Below are positions 47,124 through 58,133 of a stretch of 64,000 nt of DNA, in pieces. The DNA is from an uncultured bacterium (GTDB taxonomy: Bacteria; Pseudomonadota; Gammaproteobacteria; Burkholderiales; SG8-39): contig CBDDRX010000017.1 of assembly GCA_965233165.1 (NCBI GenBank), forward strand, positions 5,986 to 69,985, in the 5' to 3' direction. Made by a program: the position numbers and the translations under genes. Position 1 is the first letter of the stretch. Every line of letters starts with the position of its first letter. Below the pieces are notes generated by a model. That model ran no database searches, was not told the DNA's origin, and saw nothing but the letters and a program-made list of their open reading frames with translations.

Positions 47124-47184
47124 AGCCTATTGGATATAAACCACACCCTCAGGTTTATAATCCCGTCCTCGTTTGTTCCAACGT

Positions 47185-47261
47185 GGCGAATTAGCTCAGC
47201 TGGTTAGAGCAGCGGAATCATAATCCGTGTGTCCGGGGTTCGAGTCCCTGATTCGCCACCA
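47185..47261 (+). tRNA. tRNA with CAT anticodon (elongator Met; lysidine-modified Ile2 cannot be excluded)
   Basis: 77 nt. 7-bp acceptor stem GGCGAAT/ATTCGCC, D-arm AGCTCAGCTGGTTAGAGC, anticodon loop ATCATAA, T-arm GGGGTTCGAGTCCC, encoded ACCA. The paired G1-C72 argues against an initiator. Confidence 0.9.
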
Positions 47262-47276
47262 TTTTTCCTGATTGCC

Positions 47277-47591
47277 ATGCGCCAGCGCCTCGCCGCGATC
47301 CTGCTCCTTGCCGCCCTCCCGATCGCCGCGGCGGCGCAGCTGCGCACCATTCCGCAGGACGCCAAGCGCGCCCAGATCCGGCACGTGCAGGAGATGCAGG
47401 TGAGCCTGGACGGCGTGCCGGAACGGCTGGCCGCGGGCGCGCAGATCCGCGACGCCTCGAACCGGATCGTGCTTCCCGTCGCGCTGCAGGCCGGCGCGCT
47501 GGTCCGGTACCGGCGCGACGGCGAAGGCCGCGTCAAGCAGGTCTGGATCCTGACCGCAGAGGAAGCGGCGCAGCCCGTGGAAAGCAAGTAG
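47277..47591 (+). CDS. hypothetical secreted protein (104 aa)
   Basis: Internal ATG 47277, 16 nt after the tRNA. Signal peptide LAAILLLAALPIAAAAQ. No recognised motif. Confidence 0.55.
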   Translation: MRQRLAAILLLAALPIAAAAQLRTIPQDAKRAQIRHVQEMQVSLDGVPERLAAGAQIRDASNRIVLPVALQAGALVRYRRDGEGRVKQVWILTAEEAAQPVESK

Positions 47592-47601
47592 CCGCGCCGG
47601 C

Positions 47602-48555
47602 ATGGCCGCCAAGCCCGCCCGCTCCGCCGAAGTCCGGATCGACCCCGTCGACAACCACCGCCTCGCGCGCCTGTGCGGCGCGCTGGACGAGAACCTGCGC
47701 CAGATCGAGTCGGCGCTCGACGTGACCATCGCGCGGCGCGGCGCCCGGTTCACGGTGCGCGGCGAGCAGGCCGGGCGCGCGGCGGAGGCGATCGAGCATT
47801 TCTACGACCGCGCGGCGGGCGACCTGAGCGCCGATGACGTGCAGCTCGGCCTGGTCGAGTTCTCGCGGAAGGATCCGGCGAAGCAGGGCGACGCGCCGCA
47901 GCTGCTGACGCGCCGCCAGGACCTGCATGGCCGCACGCCGCACCAGGTCGAGTACATCGAGAACATCCTCGCCAGCGACTGCACCTTCGGCATCGGCCCG
48001 GCGGGCACCGGCAAGACCTACCTTGCCGTCGCCTGCGCCGTCGACGCGCTCGAGCGCGACAAGGTGAAGCGCATCGTCCTCGTCCGCCCGGCGGTCGAGG
48101 CCGGCGAGCGGCTCGGCTTCCTGCCCGGCGACCTCGCGCAGAAGGTGGACCCTTACCTGCGCCCGCTCTACGACGCGCTCTACGACCTGATGGGCTTCGA
48201 GAAGACCGGCAAGCTGCTCGAGCGCGGCACGATCGAGCTCGCGCCGCTCGCCTACATGCGCGGGCGCACGCTCAACCATGCCTTCATCATCCTCGACGAG
48301 GCGCAGAACACGACGCCCGAGCAGATGAAGATGTTCCTCACGCGCATCGGCTTCGGCGCCAAGGCGGTGGTGAACGGCGACGTGACCCAGATCGACCTGC
48401 AGCGCGGGCAGAAGAGCGGCCTCATCGAGGCGCGGCGCATCCTCGACGGCGTGCGCGGCATCGCGTTCACGCAGTTCGGCGCGCAGGACGTGGTGCGGCA
48501 TCCGCTGGTGGCGCGCATCATCGATGCCTACGAAAAGCAAGCGCAGGACCAATAG
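47602..48555 (+). CDS. PhoH-family ATPase (YbeZ-like)
   Basis: Walker A GPAGTGKT and Walker B IILDEAQN. Conserved position upstream of ybeY. Confidence 0.9.
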   Translation: MAAKPARSAEVRIDPVDNHRLARLCGALDENLRQIESALDVTIARRGARFTVRGEQAGRAAEAIEHFYDRAAGDLSADDVQLGLVEFSRKDPAKQGDAPQLLTRRQDLHGRTPHQVEYIENILASDCTFGIGPAGTGKTYLAVACAVDALERDKVKRIVLVRPAVEAGERLGFLPGDLAQKVDPYLRPLYDALYDLMGFEKTGKLLERGTIELAPLAYMRGRTLNHAFIILDEAQNTTPEQMKMFLTRIGFGAKAVVNGDVTQIDLQRGQKSGLIEARRILDGVRGIAFTQFGAQDVVRHPLVARIIDAYEKQAQDQ

Positions 48556-48961
48556 GGTTTCCGTGCAGTACGGCGTGCCGCGCCGCGGCGTGCCGGGCGC
48601 CGCTTCGCTGCGCAGATGGGCGCGGCTTCCCGCCACGGGCACGGGCGTCCTGCTGCGCATCGTCGGCAGGACCGAAGCGAAGCGGCTGAACCGGCGCTAC
48701 CGGAAGAGAAACTACCCGACGAACGTCCTGTCCTTCCCGTACGGCGGCGGCCTGGGCGACGTCGTGCTCTGCCATCCGGTGATCGCCGCCGAAGCGCGCG
48801 CGCAGGGCAAATCGCTCGCGGCGCACTATGCGCATCTCGTCGTGCACGGCATGCTGCACCTGCGCGGCCACGACCACGTGAGCAAGCGCGGCGCGGCGCG
48901 CATGGAGCGCCAGGAGATCCGCATCCTGCGCCACCTCGGGTTCGCGGACCCCTACGGGTAA
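48524..48961 (+). CDS. ybeY: rRNA maturation endoribonuclease YbeY
   Basis: PTNVLSFP and zinc motif HGMLHLRGHDH. Overlaps the phoH-like 3' end by 32 nt. Confidence 0.9.
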   Translation: MPTKSKRRTNRVSVQYGVPRRGVPGAASLRRWARLPATGTGVLLRIVGRTEAKRLNRRYRKRNYPTNVLSFPYGGGLGDVVLCHPVIAAEARAQGKSLAAHYAHLVVHGMLHLRGHDHVSKRGAARMERQEIRILRHLGFADPYG

Positions 48962-48973
48962 AATAGCCTTCCT

Positions 48974-49801
48974 GTGAACGATCCGTCCCGGCCGAGCCTC
49001 CTCGAGCGCCTCTCGGCGCTCATCCTGCGCGAGCCGGGCGACCGCGACCAGCTGGCGCAGCTGCTGCGCTCCGCCTACTCGCGCAACCTCCTCGATGCGG
49101 ACGCCATGTCGATCATCGAGGGCGCGCTCACCGTGTCCGAGATGCAGGTGCGCGACATCATGATTCCGCGCGCGCAGGTCGACTTCATCGACATCAACGA
49201 GCCCATCGAGGGCATCATCCCGCAGGTCATCTCCACCGCGCACTCGCGCTTCCCGGTGATCGACCAGAACCGCGACGACGTCATCGGCGTGCTGCTCGCC
49301 AAGGACCTGCTGCGCTACTACGCCGGCGAGGAGGAGTTCAACGTGCGCGAGATGCTGCGCCCGGCGGTGTTCGTCCCGGAAGCGAAGCGGCTCAACGTGC
49401 TGCTGCGCGAGTTCCGCGCCAGCCGCAACCACATGGCGATCGTGGTCGACGAGTACGGCGGGGCCGCGGGCCTGGTGACGATCGAGGACGTGCTCGAGCA
49501 GATCGTCGGCGACATCGAGGACGAGTACGACTTCGACGAGGCGTCGGACAACATCCTGCCCGAGCAGGGCGGGCGCTTGCGCGTCAAGGCGCTCACGCAG
49601 ATCGCCGACCTCAATGCCGCCTTGGGCACGCAATTTCCCGACGAGGCGGCCGACACCGTCGGCGGCCTGGTCATCAAGCAGCTCGGGCGGCTTCCCAAGC
49701 GCGGCGAGACCGTGGTCATCGACGGCGTGCGCTTCAACGTCCTGCGCGCCGATACGCGCCGCGTCTACACGCTTCTGGTCGACAAGCCGAAGACGGCGTG
49801 A
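48974..49801 (+). CDS. corC: CorC/HlyC-family protein (CBS pair plus CorC_HlyC domain)
   Basis: GTG start. CBS pair (VRDIMIPRAQV...), HMAIVVDEYGG..GLVTIEDVLEQIVG. Confidence 0.88.
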   Translation: MNDPSRPSLLERLSALILREPGDRDQLAQLLRSAYSRNLLDADAMSIIEGALTVSEMQVRDIMIPRAQVDFIDINEPIEGIIPQVISTAHSRFPVIDQNRDDVIGVLLAKDLLRYYAGEEEFNVREMLRPAVFVPEAKRLNVLLREFRASRNHMAIVVDEYGGAAGLVTIEDVLEQIVGDIEDEYDFDEASDNILPEQGGRLRVKALTQIADLNAALGTQFPDEAADTVGGLVIKQLGRLPKRGETVVIDGVRFNVLRADTRRVYTLLVDKPKTA

Positions 49802-51264
49802 GCTGGGGCCGGGCCGCCGTCGCGTTCCTGGCGGGCGCGGCCACCGTGCTCGCGTTTGCGCCGAGCGCGCAGTATCCCGTCGCCTTCGTCACGCTCGCGC
49901 TGCTCATCCACTTGTGGATGCACGCCACCCCGCGGGAGTGCCTGCTGCTCGGGTTCGCCTTCGGCCTGGGCTTCTTCGGGGCCGGCGTGTCGTGGGTCTA
50001 TGTCAGCCTCAGCCGCTTCGGCGGGATGCCGCCGCCGCTCGCCGCATTCGCGACGCTCTGCTTCTGCGCGCTGCTTGCGCTTTTCCCCGCGGGCGCAGGC
50101 TGGCTGCAGGCGCGCATCCCTGCGCGCGACGCGTGGCGCGCCGCGCTCGTGATCCCGGCCGCGTGGGTGCTCTTCGAATGGCTGCGCAGCTGGGTGCTGG
50201 GCGGCTTTCCGTGGCTGTCCGCCGGCTACGCAGCCGTGGGCTGGCCGGTCCAGGGACTCGGCCCGCTGACCGGCGTGTTCGGCATGTCGTTCGTGACCGT
50301 GATGCTCGCGGGACTGCTCTGGATGCTCGCGCGCCAGCGCCCGCGCTGGACCGCGCTCGCCGCCATCGTGGCCGCGCTCGGCGCCTCGCAGGGGCTGCGC
50401 CTCGTCGAATGGACCCAGCCGCACGGCGAGCGCTTCGCAGCCGCGCTCCTGCAGGGCAACATCGCCCAGGATCTCAAGTTCCAGCCGGAGCGCTACGCGA
50501 AGATCCTGGAAACCTATGCCCGGCTGGCCGAGGAGACGCGCGCGCGGCTCATCGTTCTTCCCGAGACCGCGCTGCCCCGCCTCCACGACCGGGTCGATCC
50601 CGGGTACTACGCCCGCCTGCAGGATGCGGCGGGGAAGAACCGCGGCGACATCATCGTCGGCGTGCCCTTCCATGATGCGGGCGCCTACTACAACAGCGTG
50701 CTCACCCTCGGCGTCTCGCCGCGGCAGGTCTACCACAAGCGCCATCTCGTGCCTTTCGGCGAGTTCGTGCCGCCCGGGTTCGGGTGGGTGATGCGCTGGC
50801 TGAGCATTCCCTACTCGGACTTCGCGCGCGGCGATGCGCGGCAGGCGCCGCTCGCGCTCGGCGAGCAGCGCGTCGCGGTCAACGTGTGCTACGAGGACGC
50901 CTTCGGCGACGAGATCATCCGCCAGCTTCCCGCGGCGACGCTGCTGGTCAACGTGTCGAACGTCGCCTGGTTCGGCGACTCGCTCGCCCCGGCGCAGCAC
51001 CTGCAGATCGCCCGGCTGCGCGCGATCGAGACCGGACGCATGCACCTCACCGCGACCAACAGCGGCATCACCGCCGCGATCGACCGCGACGGCAGCGTGC
51101 CGCTGCGGCTTCCGCAGTTCGTCGAGGGCCGGCTGGTGGTCGCCGCGCAGGGCTATTCCGGCGCCACGCCCTACATCCGATGGGGTGACTGGCCGGTGCT
51201 CGCGTTCGCGCTGCTCGTGCTCTGCGCCGCCGCCGTGCGGGCGCGGCAGCGACGCAGCAGATAA
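49798..51264 (+). CDS. lnt: apolipoprotein N-acyltransferase
   Basis: GTGA overlap with corC. Multi-TM N-terminal part plus a CN-hydrolase domain (IVLPETA...VNVCYE...). Confidence 0.92.
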   Translation: MSWGRAAVAFLAGAATVLAFAPSAQYPVAFVTLALLIHLWMHATPRECLLLGFAFGLGFFGAGVSWVYVSLSRFGGMPPPLAAFATLCFCALLALFPAGAGWLQARIPARDAWRAALVIPAAWVLFEWLRSWVLGGFPWLSAGYAAVGWPVQGLGPLTGVFGMSFVTVMLAGLLWMLARQRPRWTALAAIVAALGASQGLRLVEWTQPHGERFAAALLQGNIAQDLKFQPERYAKILETYARLAEETRARLIVLPETALPRLHDRVDPGYYARLQDAAGKNRGDIIVGVPFHDAGAYYNSVLTLGVSPRQVYHKRHLVPFGEFVPPGFGWVMRWLSIPYSDFARGDARQAPLALGEQRVAVNVCYEDAFGDEIIRQLPAATLLVNVSNVAWFGDSLAPAQHLQIARLRAIETGRMHLTATNSGITAAIDRDGSVPLRLPQFVEGRLVVAAQGYSGATPYIRWGDWPVLAFALLVLCAAAVRARQRRSR

Positions 51265-51276
51265 AATCCGCGCCTC

Positions 51277-52158
51277 GTGCAGACCTTCCAGCAGCTGATC
51301 GCGCAGCTCTCCGCCTTCTGGGACCGCCAGGGCTGCGCGCTCCTGCAGCCCTACGACATGGAAGTCGGCGCCGGCACCTTCCATACCGCGACTTTCCTGC
51401 GCGCCATCGGCCCGGAGCCCTGGAAGGCCGCCTACGTGCAGCCCTCGCGCCGGCCGAAGGACGGCCGCTACGGCGACAATCCGAACCGCCTGCAGCACTA
51501 CTACCAGTACCAGGTCGTGCTCAAGCCGTCCCCGCCCGACATCCAGGCCCTGTACCTCGAATCGCTGCAGGCGATCGGCGTCAATCCGCAGGAGCACGAC
51601 ATCCGCTTCGTCGAGGACGACTGGGAATCGCCGACGCTCGGCGCCTGGGGCCTCGGCTGGGAGGTCTGGCTCGACGGCATGGAGGTCACGCAGTTCACCT
51701 ATTTCCAGGAAGTGGGCGGCCTCGCCTGCAAGCCGGTGCTCGGCGAGATCACCTATGGCCTCGAGCGCCTGGCGATGTACCTGCAGGGCAGGGAAAGCGT
51801 CTACGACCTGGTGTGGACGCCCGGGGTCACCTACGGCGACGTCTACCACCAGAACGAAGTCGAGCAGTCGCGCTACAACTTCGAGCTCGCCAACGCCGAG
51901 CTGCTGTTCCGCCATTTCTCCGAGTTCGAAGCGGAAGCGAGGCGGCTGATGGACGCGCAGTGCGTCCTGCCGGCCTACGAGATGGTGCTCAAGGCTTCGC
52001 ACACCTTCAACCTGCTCGACGCGCGCGGCGCCATCTCGGTCACCGAGCGTGCCGCGTACATCGGCCGCGTGCGCGCCCTCGCCCGCGCCGTCGCGCAGGC
52101 CTATTTCGATTCGCGCGAGAAGCTCGGCTTCCCGATGCTTCCCAAGGCGGCGGTGTGA
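51277..52158 (+). CDS. glyQ: glycine--tRNA ligase alpha subunit
   Basis: GTG start. 293 aa, highly conserved ([18 protein letters not shown]...YQYQVVLKP). Confidence 0.97.
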   Translation: MQTFQQLIAQLSAFWDRQGCALLQPYDMEVGAGTFHTATFLRAIGPEPWKAAYVQPSRRPKDGRYGDNPNRLQHYYQYQVVLKPSPPDIQALYLESLQAIGVNPQEHDIRFVEDDWESPTLGAWGLGWEVWLDGMEVTQFTYFQEVGGLACKPVLGEITYGLERLAMYLQGRESVYDLVWTPGVTYGDVYHQNEVEQSRYNFELANAELLFRHFSEFEAEARRLMDAQCVLPAYEMVLKASHTFNLLDARGAISVTERAAYIGRVRALARAVAQAYFDSREKLGFPMLPKAAV

Positions 52159-54209
52159 AAGCCGCGCTGCTCGTCGAGCTTCTCACGGAGGAGCTGCCCC
52201 CCAAGGCGCTCCAGACGCTAGGCCTCAACTTTTCGACCGCTATCGGGGAAGAACTCGTCTCGCTCGGCCTGGTGGCCAAGACAAGAACGTATGCGACGGA
52301 TCTGGCGACGCCGCGGCGACTCGCGGTCCTGATTCCCGACGTCTCGGACAAGGCGCAGAGCGAAGAGAAGGAGGTCCAGGGACCTTCGACCTCGGCCCCC
52401 GCGCCTGCAGTTGCCGGTTTCGCGAAAAAACACGGCGTGGCCGTCGAAGCCCTCGGCCGGGCGACCACGCCGAAAGGCGAGGTGTTCGTTGCACGCGTGC
52501 AGGCGGGCGGCGCGACGCTCGATGCAGTTCTCGCCGGCGTGGTAGACAAGGCGGTGAAGAAGCTGCCGATCCCGAAGGTGATGCGCTGGGGCGACGGCGA
52601 CGCGCGGTTCGTGCGGCCGGTGCATGGGCTGGTCATGCTGCACGGCAGCCGCGTCGTTCCGGGAAGCGTGCTCGGCCTGGAGGCCGGCGATGCGACGCTC
52701 GGCCACCGCTTCCTGTCGTCGGGGCCGGTCCGGCTGAAGTCGGCCCAGGACTACGAGAAGGACCTCGAGGCGGCCGCCGTCGTGGCGAGCTTCGGCAAGA
52801 GGCGGGAAGCGATCGAGGCGCAACTGCAGGCGAAGGCGCGCGAGCTCGGCGGATCGCTCGAGGGCGCCGGCGACCGGGCGGCGCTCCTCGACGAAGTGAC
52901 GGCGCTGGTGGAGTGCCCCGCGGTCTACGCGGGGAGCTTCGACGCGGCCTACCTGGAAGTGCCGCAGGAATGCCTGATCCTCACGATGCGGCAGAACCAG
53001 AAGTACTTCCCGCTTTTCGACGCGGGCGGCCGGCTGCAGCCGCGCTTCCTGATCGTCTCCAACATGAAGGTGTCCGATCCGCGCCACATCGTCGGCGGCA
53101 ACCAGCGCGTGGTCCGGCCGCGCCTCGAGGACGCCCGCTTCTTCTTCGACCAGGATCGCCGGCGCCGGCTGGAAGAGCGCGTCCCGCAGCTCGCGACCGT
53201 GACCTACCACAACAAGCTCGGCAGCCAGCTCGAGCGGGTCCAGCGCATCAAGCTGCTCGCCGGGAAGATCGCGCGCGTCCTCGGCGCCGACCCTTTGCTC
53301 GCGGAGCGGGCCGCCGAGCTCGCCAAGGCCGACCTGCTCACCGGCATGGTGGGCGAGTTCCCGGAGCTGCAGGGCATCATGGGGCGCTACTACGCCCTCC
53401 ATGACCGGGAGCCCGCCGCCGTCGCCGACGCGATCGAGGCGCACTACCGTCCCCGCTTCGCCGGCGATCGCCTTCCGCAAGGCCCGCTCGCCAGCGCCGT
53501 CGCGCTCGCCGACAAGCTCGATGCGATCGCCGGCCTGTTCAGCATCGGGCAGCAGCCCACCGGCGACAAGGATCCTTTCGGCCTGCGTCGCGCCTCGCTC
53601 GGCGTCGTGCGCATCCTGGTGGAGAACCGCCTGCACCTCTCGTTGCAGGAGCTCGCGACGGCGGCATTCGCGCCTTTCGAGCGCAAGGCGTCCGGCGATC
53701 TCATTGAGTTCGTCTACGACCGCTTCACCGGCTATCTGAAGGAGATGGGCTTCTCGACGCTGCAGGTCGATGCGGTGCTCAGCAAGCGCCCGGTCAATCT
53801 CGGCGTGGTGCCGCAGCAGCTCGAGGCGGTGAAGGCCTTCCAGGCGCTGCCGGAGGCGGAAAGCCTCGCCGCCGCGAACAAGCGCGTCGCGAACATCCTC
53901 CGGCAGGCGGAAGCGAAAGGCGAGGCCTTCGGCCAGGTGAGCCCCGGAGATCTCAAGGAACCCGCCGAACGCGCGCTGCACGATGCGATCCGCTCGGTCT
54001 CCGAAAAGGCAAAGCCGCTCTATGAGAAGGGCGACTATGCGGGCTACCTGAAGGCCTTCGCGGTCCTCAAGGGCCCGGTCGATGCCTTCTTCGACAAGGT
54101 GATGGTGATGGTCGACGACGTGCCGCTGCGGCGCGCGCGCCTGGCGCTGCTGCGCGACCTGCGCGAGGCGATGAACCGCGTCGCCGACCTCTCGAGGCTG
54201 GCGCAATGA
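52155..54209 (+). CDS. glyS: glycine--tRNA ligase beta subunit
   Basis: GTG 52155 overlaps the glyQ stop (GTGTGA). 684 aa ([15 protein letters not shown]...). The 798-aa track ORF is an over-extension. Confidence 0.95.
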   Translation: MKAALLVELLTEELPPKALQTLGLNFSTAIGEELVSLGLVAKTRTYATDLATPRRLAVLIPDVSDKAQSEEKEVQGPSTSAPAPAVAGFAKKHGVAVEALGRATTPKGEVFVARVQAGGATLDAVLAGVVDKAVKKLPIPKVMRWGDGDARFVRPVHGLVMLHGSRVVPGSVLGLEAGDATLGHRFLSSGPVRLKSAQDYEKDLEAAAVVASFGKRREAIEAQLQAKARELGGSLEGAGDRAALLDEVTALVECPAVYAGSFDAAYLEVPQECLILTMRQNQKYFPLFDAGGRLQPRFLIVSNMKVSDPRHIVGGNQRVVRPRLEDARFFFDQDRRRRLEERVPQLATVTYHNKLGSQLERVQRIKLLAGKIARVLGADPLLAERAAELAKADLLTGMVGEFPELQGIMGRYYALHDREPAAVADAIEAHYRPRFAGDRLPQGPLASAVALADKLDAIAGLFSIGQQPTGDKDPFGLRRASLGVVRILVENRLHLSLQELATAAFAPFERKASGDLIEFVYDRFTGYLKEMGFSTLQVDAVLSKRPVNLGVVPQQLEAVKAFQALPEAESLAAANKRVANILRQAEAKGEAFGQVSPGDLKEPAERALHDAIRSVSEKAKPLYEKGDYAGYLKAFAVLKGPVDAFFDKVMVMVDDVPLRRARLALLRDLREAMNRVADLSRLAQ

Positions 54210-54739
54210 AGCTGGTCATCCTCGACCGCGACGGCACGATCAACCACGACAGCGACGACTACATCAAGTCCACCGCGGAATGGCGGCCGATCCCGGGCAG
54301 CATCGAGGCAATCGCCCGCCTCACGCAGGCCGGCTACCGCGTCGTCGTCGCGACCAACCAGTCGGGCATCGCGCGGGGCCTGTTCGACACGACGGCGCTC
54401 ATCGCGATCCACGACCTGCTGCAGCGGGCCGCCCACCAGGCCGGCGGGCGCATCGACGCGTTCTTCTTCTGCCCGCACGCCGCCGACGCGAACTGCCGCT
54501 GCCGCAAGCCGCAGCCCGGGATGCTGCTCGAGGCGGCGCGCCGGTTCAACGTGTCGATTGCCGATGCCTGGATGGTCGGCGACGCGCGGCGCGACGTCGA
54601 GGCCGCGGCGGCGGCCGGGGCAAAACCGGTGCTCGTGCTGACCGGCAAGGGGGAGGCGGCGCAGAAGGAAGGCAAGCTGCCGCCGGGCACCCAGGTGTTC
54701 CCGGACCTCGCCGCGTTCGCCCGCAGCCTCGCTCCATGA
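54206..54739 (+). CDS. gmhB: D-glycero-beta-D-manno-heptose 1,7-bisphosphate 7-phosphatase
   Basis: ATGA overlap with glyS. HAD motif I DRDGTIN and the zinc-finger-like CxHxxxxxCxCRKP. Confidence 0.9.
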   Translation: MKLVILDRDGTINHDSDDYIKSTAEWRPIPGSIEAIARLTQAGYRVVVATNQSGIARGLFDTTALIAIHDLLQRAAHQAGGRIDAFFFCPHAADANCRCRKPQPGMLLEAARRFNVSIADAWMVGDARRDVEAAAAAGAKPVLVLTGKGEAAQKEGKLPPGTQVFPDLAAFARSLAP

Positions 54740-55449
54740 CGATCCTTCGCTCGAGCCTCTTCGCGCTCGCGCTGCTGATCGTCACGCCGCCGTACGCGCT
54801 GCTCGCCCTGGCAACCTTCCCGCTTCCCCGCCTCGTGCGCTACCGGATCATTTCGGGCTGGTCGCGCCTGGTGATCCGCCTTTCCCGCGCGGTCCTCGGC
54901 ATCGACTGGCAGGTCGAGGGCGCCGAGCACCTGCCGCGCGCCCCGGCGATCATCCTTTCCAAGCACCAGTCGGCGTGGGAGACCATGGCGTTCCAGCTCA
55001 TCTTCCCGCCGCAGGTGCACGTCCTGAAGCGCGAGCTCCTCTGGATCCCGTTCTTCGGCTGGGGGCTCGCCCTGATGAGCCCGATCGCGATCGACCGGCG
55101 CCGGGGCGTCGCGGCGCTGCGGGCGATCGCGCGGCGCGGGCGCGAGCGCCTCGCGCAGGGCTTCTGCGTCGTCGTCTTCCCGGAGGGCACGCGCGTCGCG
55201 CCGGGCGAGCGCCGGCCCTACCAGCTCGGCGGCGCCTGGCTCGCCGCCGACAGCGGCGCGCCCGTAGTGCCGGTCGCGCACAACGCCGGCCTGGTCTGGC
55301 CGCGCAACGCCTTCCTGAAACGCCCGGGCACCGTGACCGTCCGGATCGGTCCGGCGATCGATCCGGCGCAACGCGACGCGCAGACCATCAACCGGCTGGC
55401 CGAAGAATGGATCGAAGAACAGCAAAAAGACCTCTGTCCCGCGCCCTGA
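54736..55449 (+). CDS. plsC: 1-acyl-sn-glycerol-3-phosphate acyltransferase
   Basis: ATGA overlap with gmhB. Acyltransferase motifs SKHQSAWE and FPEGTR. Confidence 0.85.
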   Translation: MTILRSSLFALALLIVTPPYALLALATFPLPRLVRYRIISGWSRLVIRLSRAVLGIDWQVEGAEHLPRAPAIILSKHQSAWETMAFQLIFPPQVHVLKRELLWIPFFGWGLALMSPIAIDRRRGVAALRAIARRGRERLAQGFCVVVFPEGTRVAPGERRPYQLGGAWLAADSGAPVVPVAHNAGLVWPRNAFLKRPGTVTVRIGPAIDPAQRDAQTINRLAEEWIEEQQKDLCPAP

Positions 55450-56162
55450 CCGTGTTCGAGTCGCGCTTCGTCCGGCTGGGGCCCGGCTTCGTCGAGTACC
55501 GGCTCGTCCGTGCGGCGCGCCGCACGGTGAAGATCACGGTCGACGCCGACGGCCTCTCGGTCGCCGCGCCGCTGCGCGCGCCGTTCCGCGACATCGAGTC
55601 GTTCCTGCGCGACAAGGAGCGCTGGATTCTGGCCAGGCTGGAGGAATGGCTGCGCGCGCCGCGGCCGCGCGCGCTGCGCCTCGAGAGCGGCGCGACGCTC
55701 GCGGTGCGCGGCGCGCCCGTGACGCTCGTCGTCTCGGAAGCCGGCCGCAGCGCCGTGCGCATGGAGGCGGACCGGCTGCACATCCGCGCCCCCGGGCCGC
55801 AACGCGCGGCGCAGGCACTGGTGCGCTGGCTCAAGCGGCATGCGCTGGAATCGCTCGCGCCGCGTGCCGTGCACTACGCGGCCCTGCTCGGCGTCCCGGC
55901 CCCGCAGGTCGGGCTGAGCAACGCGCGCAGCCAATGGGGCGTCTGCGTGGAGGGCGGCCGCATCCGGCTGAACTGGCGGCTGGTCCATCTCTCCGCCGAG
56001 CTCGCCGACTACGTCGTGGCGCACGAGATCGCGCACCTCGTGGAGATGAACCACTCGAAGCGCTTCTGGGCGGTGGTGGCGACGCTGTATCCTGCCTGGC
56101 GCGAAGCGCGCGAGCAGCTGGAGCTCGCCGGCGCGGGAATTCCGATCATCCGGGAGGGCTGA
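55407..56162 (+). CDS. YgjP-like M48-family metallohydrolase (DUF45)
   Basis: [16 protein letters not shown] zinc motif. The start is ambiguous: ATG 55407 overlaps plsC by 43 nt, while GTG 55452 lies just after the plsC stop. Confidence 0.75.
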   Translation: MDRRTAKRPLSRALTVFESRFVRLGPGFVEYRLVRAARRTVKITVDADGLSVAAPLRAPFRDIESFLRDKERWILARLEEWLRAPRPRALRLESGATLAVRGAPVTLVVSEAGRSAVRMEADRLHIRAPGPQRAAQALVRWLKRHALESLAPRAVHYAALLGVPAPQVGLSNARSQWGVCVEGGRIRLNWRLVHLSAELADYVVAHEIAHLVEMNHSKRFWAVVATLYPAWREAREQLELAGAGIPIIREG

Positions 56163-56548
56163 TGAGACTGCTGCACACCATGCTGCGCGTGGGCGAGCTC
56201 GATCGCTCGGTGCGCTTCTATACCGAAGTGCTCGGGATGAAGCTGCTGCGCACGACCGAGCGGCCCGAGCAGAAATACTCGCTGGCGTTCGTCGGCTACG
56301 ACAGCGAGGACCGCCAGGCCGTGCTCGAGCTCACGTACAACCACGGCGTGGAGCGCTACGAGCTCGGCTCGGCGTTCGGCCACATCGCCATCGAGGTCGC
56401 GGACGCGAAAGCGTCCTGCGAGGCGGTGCGCACGCGCGGCGGCAAGGTCACGCGCGAAGCCGGACCGGTGAAGGGCGGCACCACGGTGATCGCCTTCGTC
56501 GAGGATCCCGACGGCTACAAGATCGAGTTCATCGAGCGCAAGCGCTGA
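56162..56548 (+). CDS. gloA: lactoylglutathione lyase (glyoxalase I)
   Basis: ATG overlaps the upstream stop (TGATG). 128 aa ([30 protein letters not shown]...). Confidence 0.93.
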   Translation: MRLLHTMLRVGELDRSVRFYTEVLGMKLLRTTERPEQKYSLAFVGYDSEDRQAVLELTYNHGVERYELGSAFGHIAIEVADAKASCEAVRTRGGKVTREAGPVKGGTTVIAFVEDPDGYKIEFIERKR

Positions 56549-57257
56549 TCCGCGCGTAGTCCTGCGGCGAGAGGTTCTCGGGCCGCAATCCGTCGTCCAG
56601 GCCCAGGGCCGCGAAATCCACCCCGGGAAGCGCGTTGCGCACGGTCTTGCGGCGCGCCGAGAAGGCCTGGCGCAGCAGGTCCGCGTCGATCTCGAGCGGC
56701 GCCGCCAAGGGGACCAGGCGCACCAGCGCCGACTCGACTTTCGGCGGCGGGTTGAACGCGCCCTTCGACACGTTGAAAAGCTTTTCCATCCGGAAACGCG
56801 CCTGCAGCGCGACCGACAGGCGCCCGTACTCGGGCGTCGAGTGCGCCGCCACCATCCGCTCCACGACCTCCAGCTGCAGCATGAAATGCATGTCGCGCAC
56901 GCGCGCCGCCTGCGCGGCGAAGTGGAACAGCAGCGGCGTCGAGATGTTGTACGGCAGGTTGCCGACGATCCGCATTCCGGGCGGAAACGACGCGAAATCG
57001 TGCGCGAGCGCATCCCCCTCGTGGACGGTCAGGCGCGCGTTGCTCCGCAGCTGCGCGGCAAGATCGCGATCGAGCTCGATCACATGGAGGTGCGCGAGCC
57101 GCTCGAGGAGCGGGCCGGTCAGCGCACCCCGGCCCGGGCCGATCTCCACTACGAAGTCGTCCCTTGCCGGGGCGATCGCCGCGACGATGCGCGCCAGCAC
57201 GCGCGGGTCGTGAAGAAAATGCTGGCCGAACCTCTTACGAGGCCGATGCGAGCTCAA
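56529..57257 (-). CDS. rsmA: 16S rRNA (adenine1518-N6/adenine1519-N6)-dimethyltransferase
   Basis: [31 protein letters not shown]. Confidence 0.92.
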   Translation of the reverse strand: MSSHRPRKRFGQHFLHDPRVLARIVAAIAPARDDFVVEIGPGRGALTGPLLERLAHLHVIELDRDLAAQLRSNARLTVHEGDALAHDFASFPPGMRIVGNLPYNISTPLLFHFAAQAARVRDMHFMLQLEVVERMVAAHSTPEYGRLSVALQARFRMEKLFNVSKGAFNPPPKVESALVRLVPLAAPLEIDADLLRQAFSARRKTVRNALPGVDFAALGLDDGLRPENLSPQDYARISACAR

Positions 57258-58131
57258 TCGCCAGCCTGACCGCTTCGAGGAGCGAGCCGGCGTCGGCCTT
57301 GCCGGTGCCGGCGAGATCCAGCGCCGTGCCGTGGTCGACCGAAGTCCGCACGAACGGCAGGCCGAGCGTGACGTTCACGCCGCGCCCGAAGCTCGCGTAC
57401 TTCAGCACCGGCAGCCCCTGGTCGTGGTACATCGCCAGCACCGCGTCGGCGCCTTGCAGCCGCGCCGGGACGAAGAGCGTATCGGCCGGGACCGGCCCCG
57501 TGGCGTCGATGCCCTCGGCCCGCGCCGCCGCGATCGCCGGGGCGATTTCCTCGTCATCCTCGCGGCCGAGGTGCCCGCCTTCGCCGCTGTGCGGATTGAG
57601 CCCTGCCACCAGGATGCGCGGCTTCGCGACGCGGAAGCGGCGCTTCAGGTCGGCATCCATCACCCGCAGAACGCGCAGCACGCCCGCCTTCGAGATCGCG
57701 CCCGGGACGTCGGCAAGGGCGAGATGCGTGGTGGCGAGCGCGACGCGCAGCCCGCCGCCGACGAGCATCATCACCACCTGCGCGGCTTTCGCGCGGTCCG
57801 CCAGGTACTCGGTATGCCCGGTAAAGGGAATGCCGGCGTCGTTGAGGATGCTTTTCTGCACCGGGGCGGTGACCATCGCCTGGAACTCGCCGGAGAGGCA
57901 GCCCGCGATCGCGCGGTCGAGCACGCGCAGGACGTAGGCGCCGTTGGCCGGATCGAGCCGGCCGGGCACCGCCGGCCGCGCCAGCGGCACGTGCTCCACG
58001 TGCGGCGCGTTCAGCAGCGCGCGGTCGCCGATCAGCACGAGGCGCGCGCCGAGGTCCTGCGCGGCCACCTTCGCGCATAGCTCCGGGCCGATGCCGGCCG
58101 GCTCGCCCGAGGTGATCGCGATGACCGGCAC
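57235..58131 (-). CDS. pdxA: 4-hydroxythreonine-4-phosphate dehydrogenase
   Basis: GTG 58131 lies 2 nt after the surA stop. 298 aa ([15 protein letters not shown]...[10 protein letters not shown]...[10 protein letters not shown]...TSVDHGTA). The 737-aa track ORF is an over-extension. Confidence 0.9.
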   Translation of the reverse strand: MPVIAITSGEPAGIGPELCAKVAAQDLGARLVLIGDRALLNAPHVEHVPLARPAVPGRLDPANGAYVLRVLDRAIAGCLSGEFQAMVTAPVQKSILNDAGIPFTGHTEYLADRAKAAQVVMMLVGGGLRVALATTHLALADVPGAISKAGVLRVLRVMDADLKRRFRVAKPRILVAGLNPHSGEGGHLGREDDEEIAPAIAAARAEGIDATGPVPADTLFVPARLQGADAVLAMYHDQGLPVLKYASFGRGVNVTLGLPFVRTSVDHGTALDLAGTGKADAGSLLEAVRLAIELASAS

Positions 58132-58133
58132 GG

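Noticed and set aside
47185-47261. The tRNA gene as an integration hotspot for a genomic island.
   Set aside because: Downstream genes are conserved housekeeping (phoH, ybeY, corC, lnt, glyQS). There is no integrase and I saw no repeat of the tRNA 3' end.
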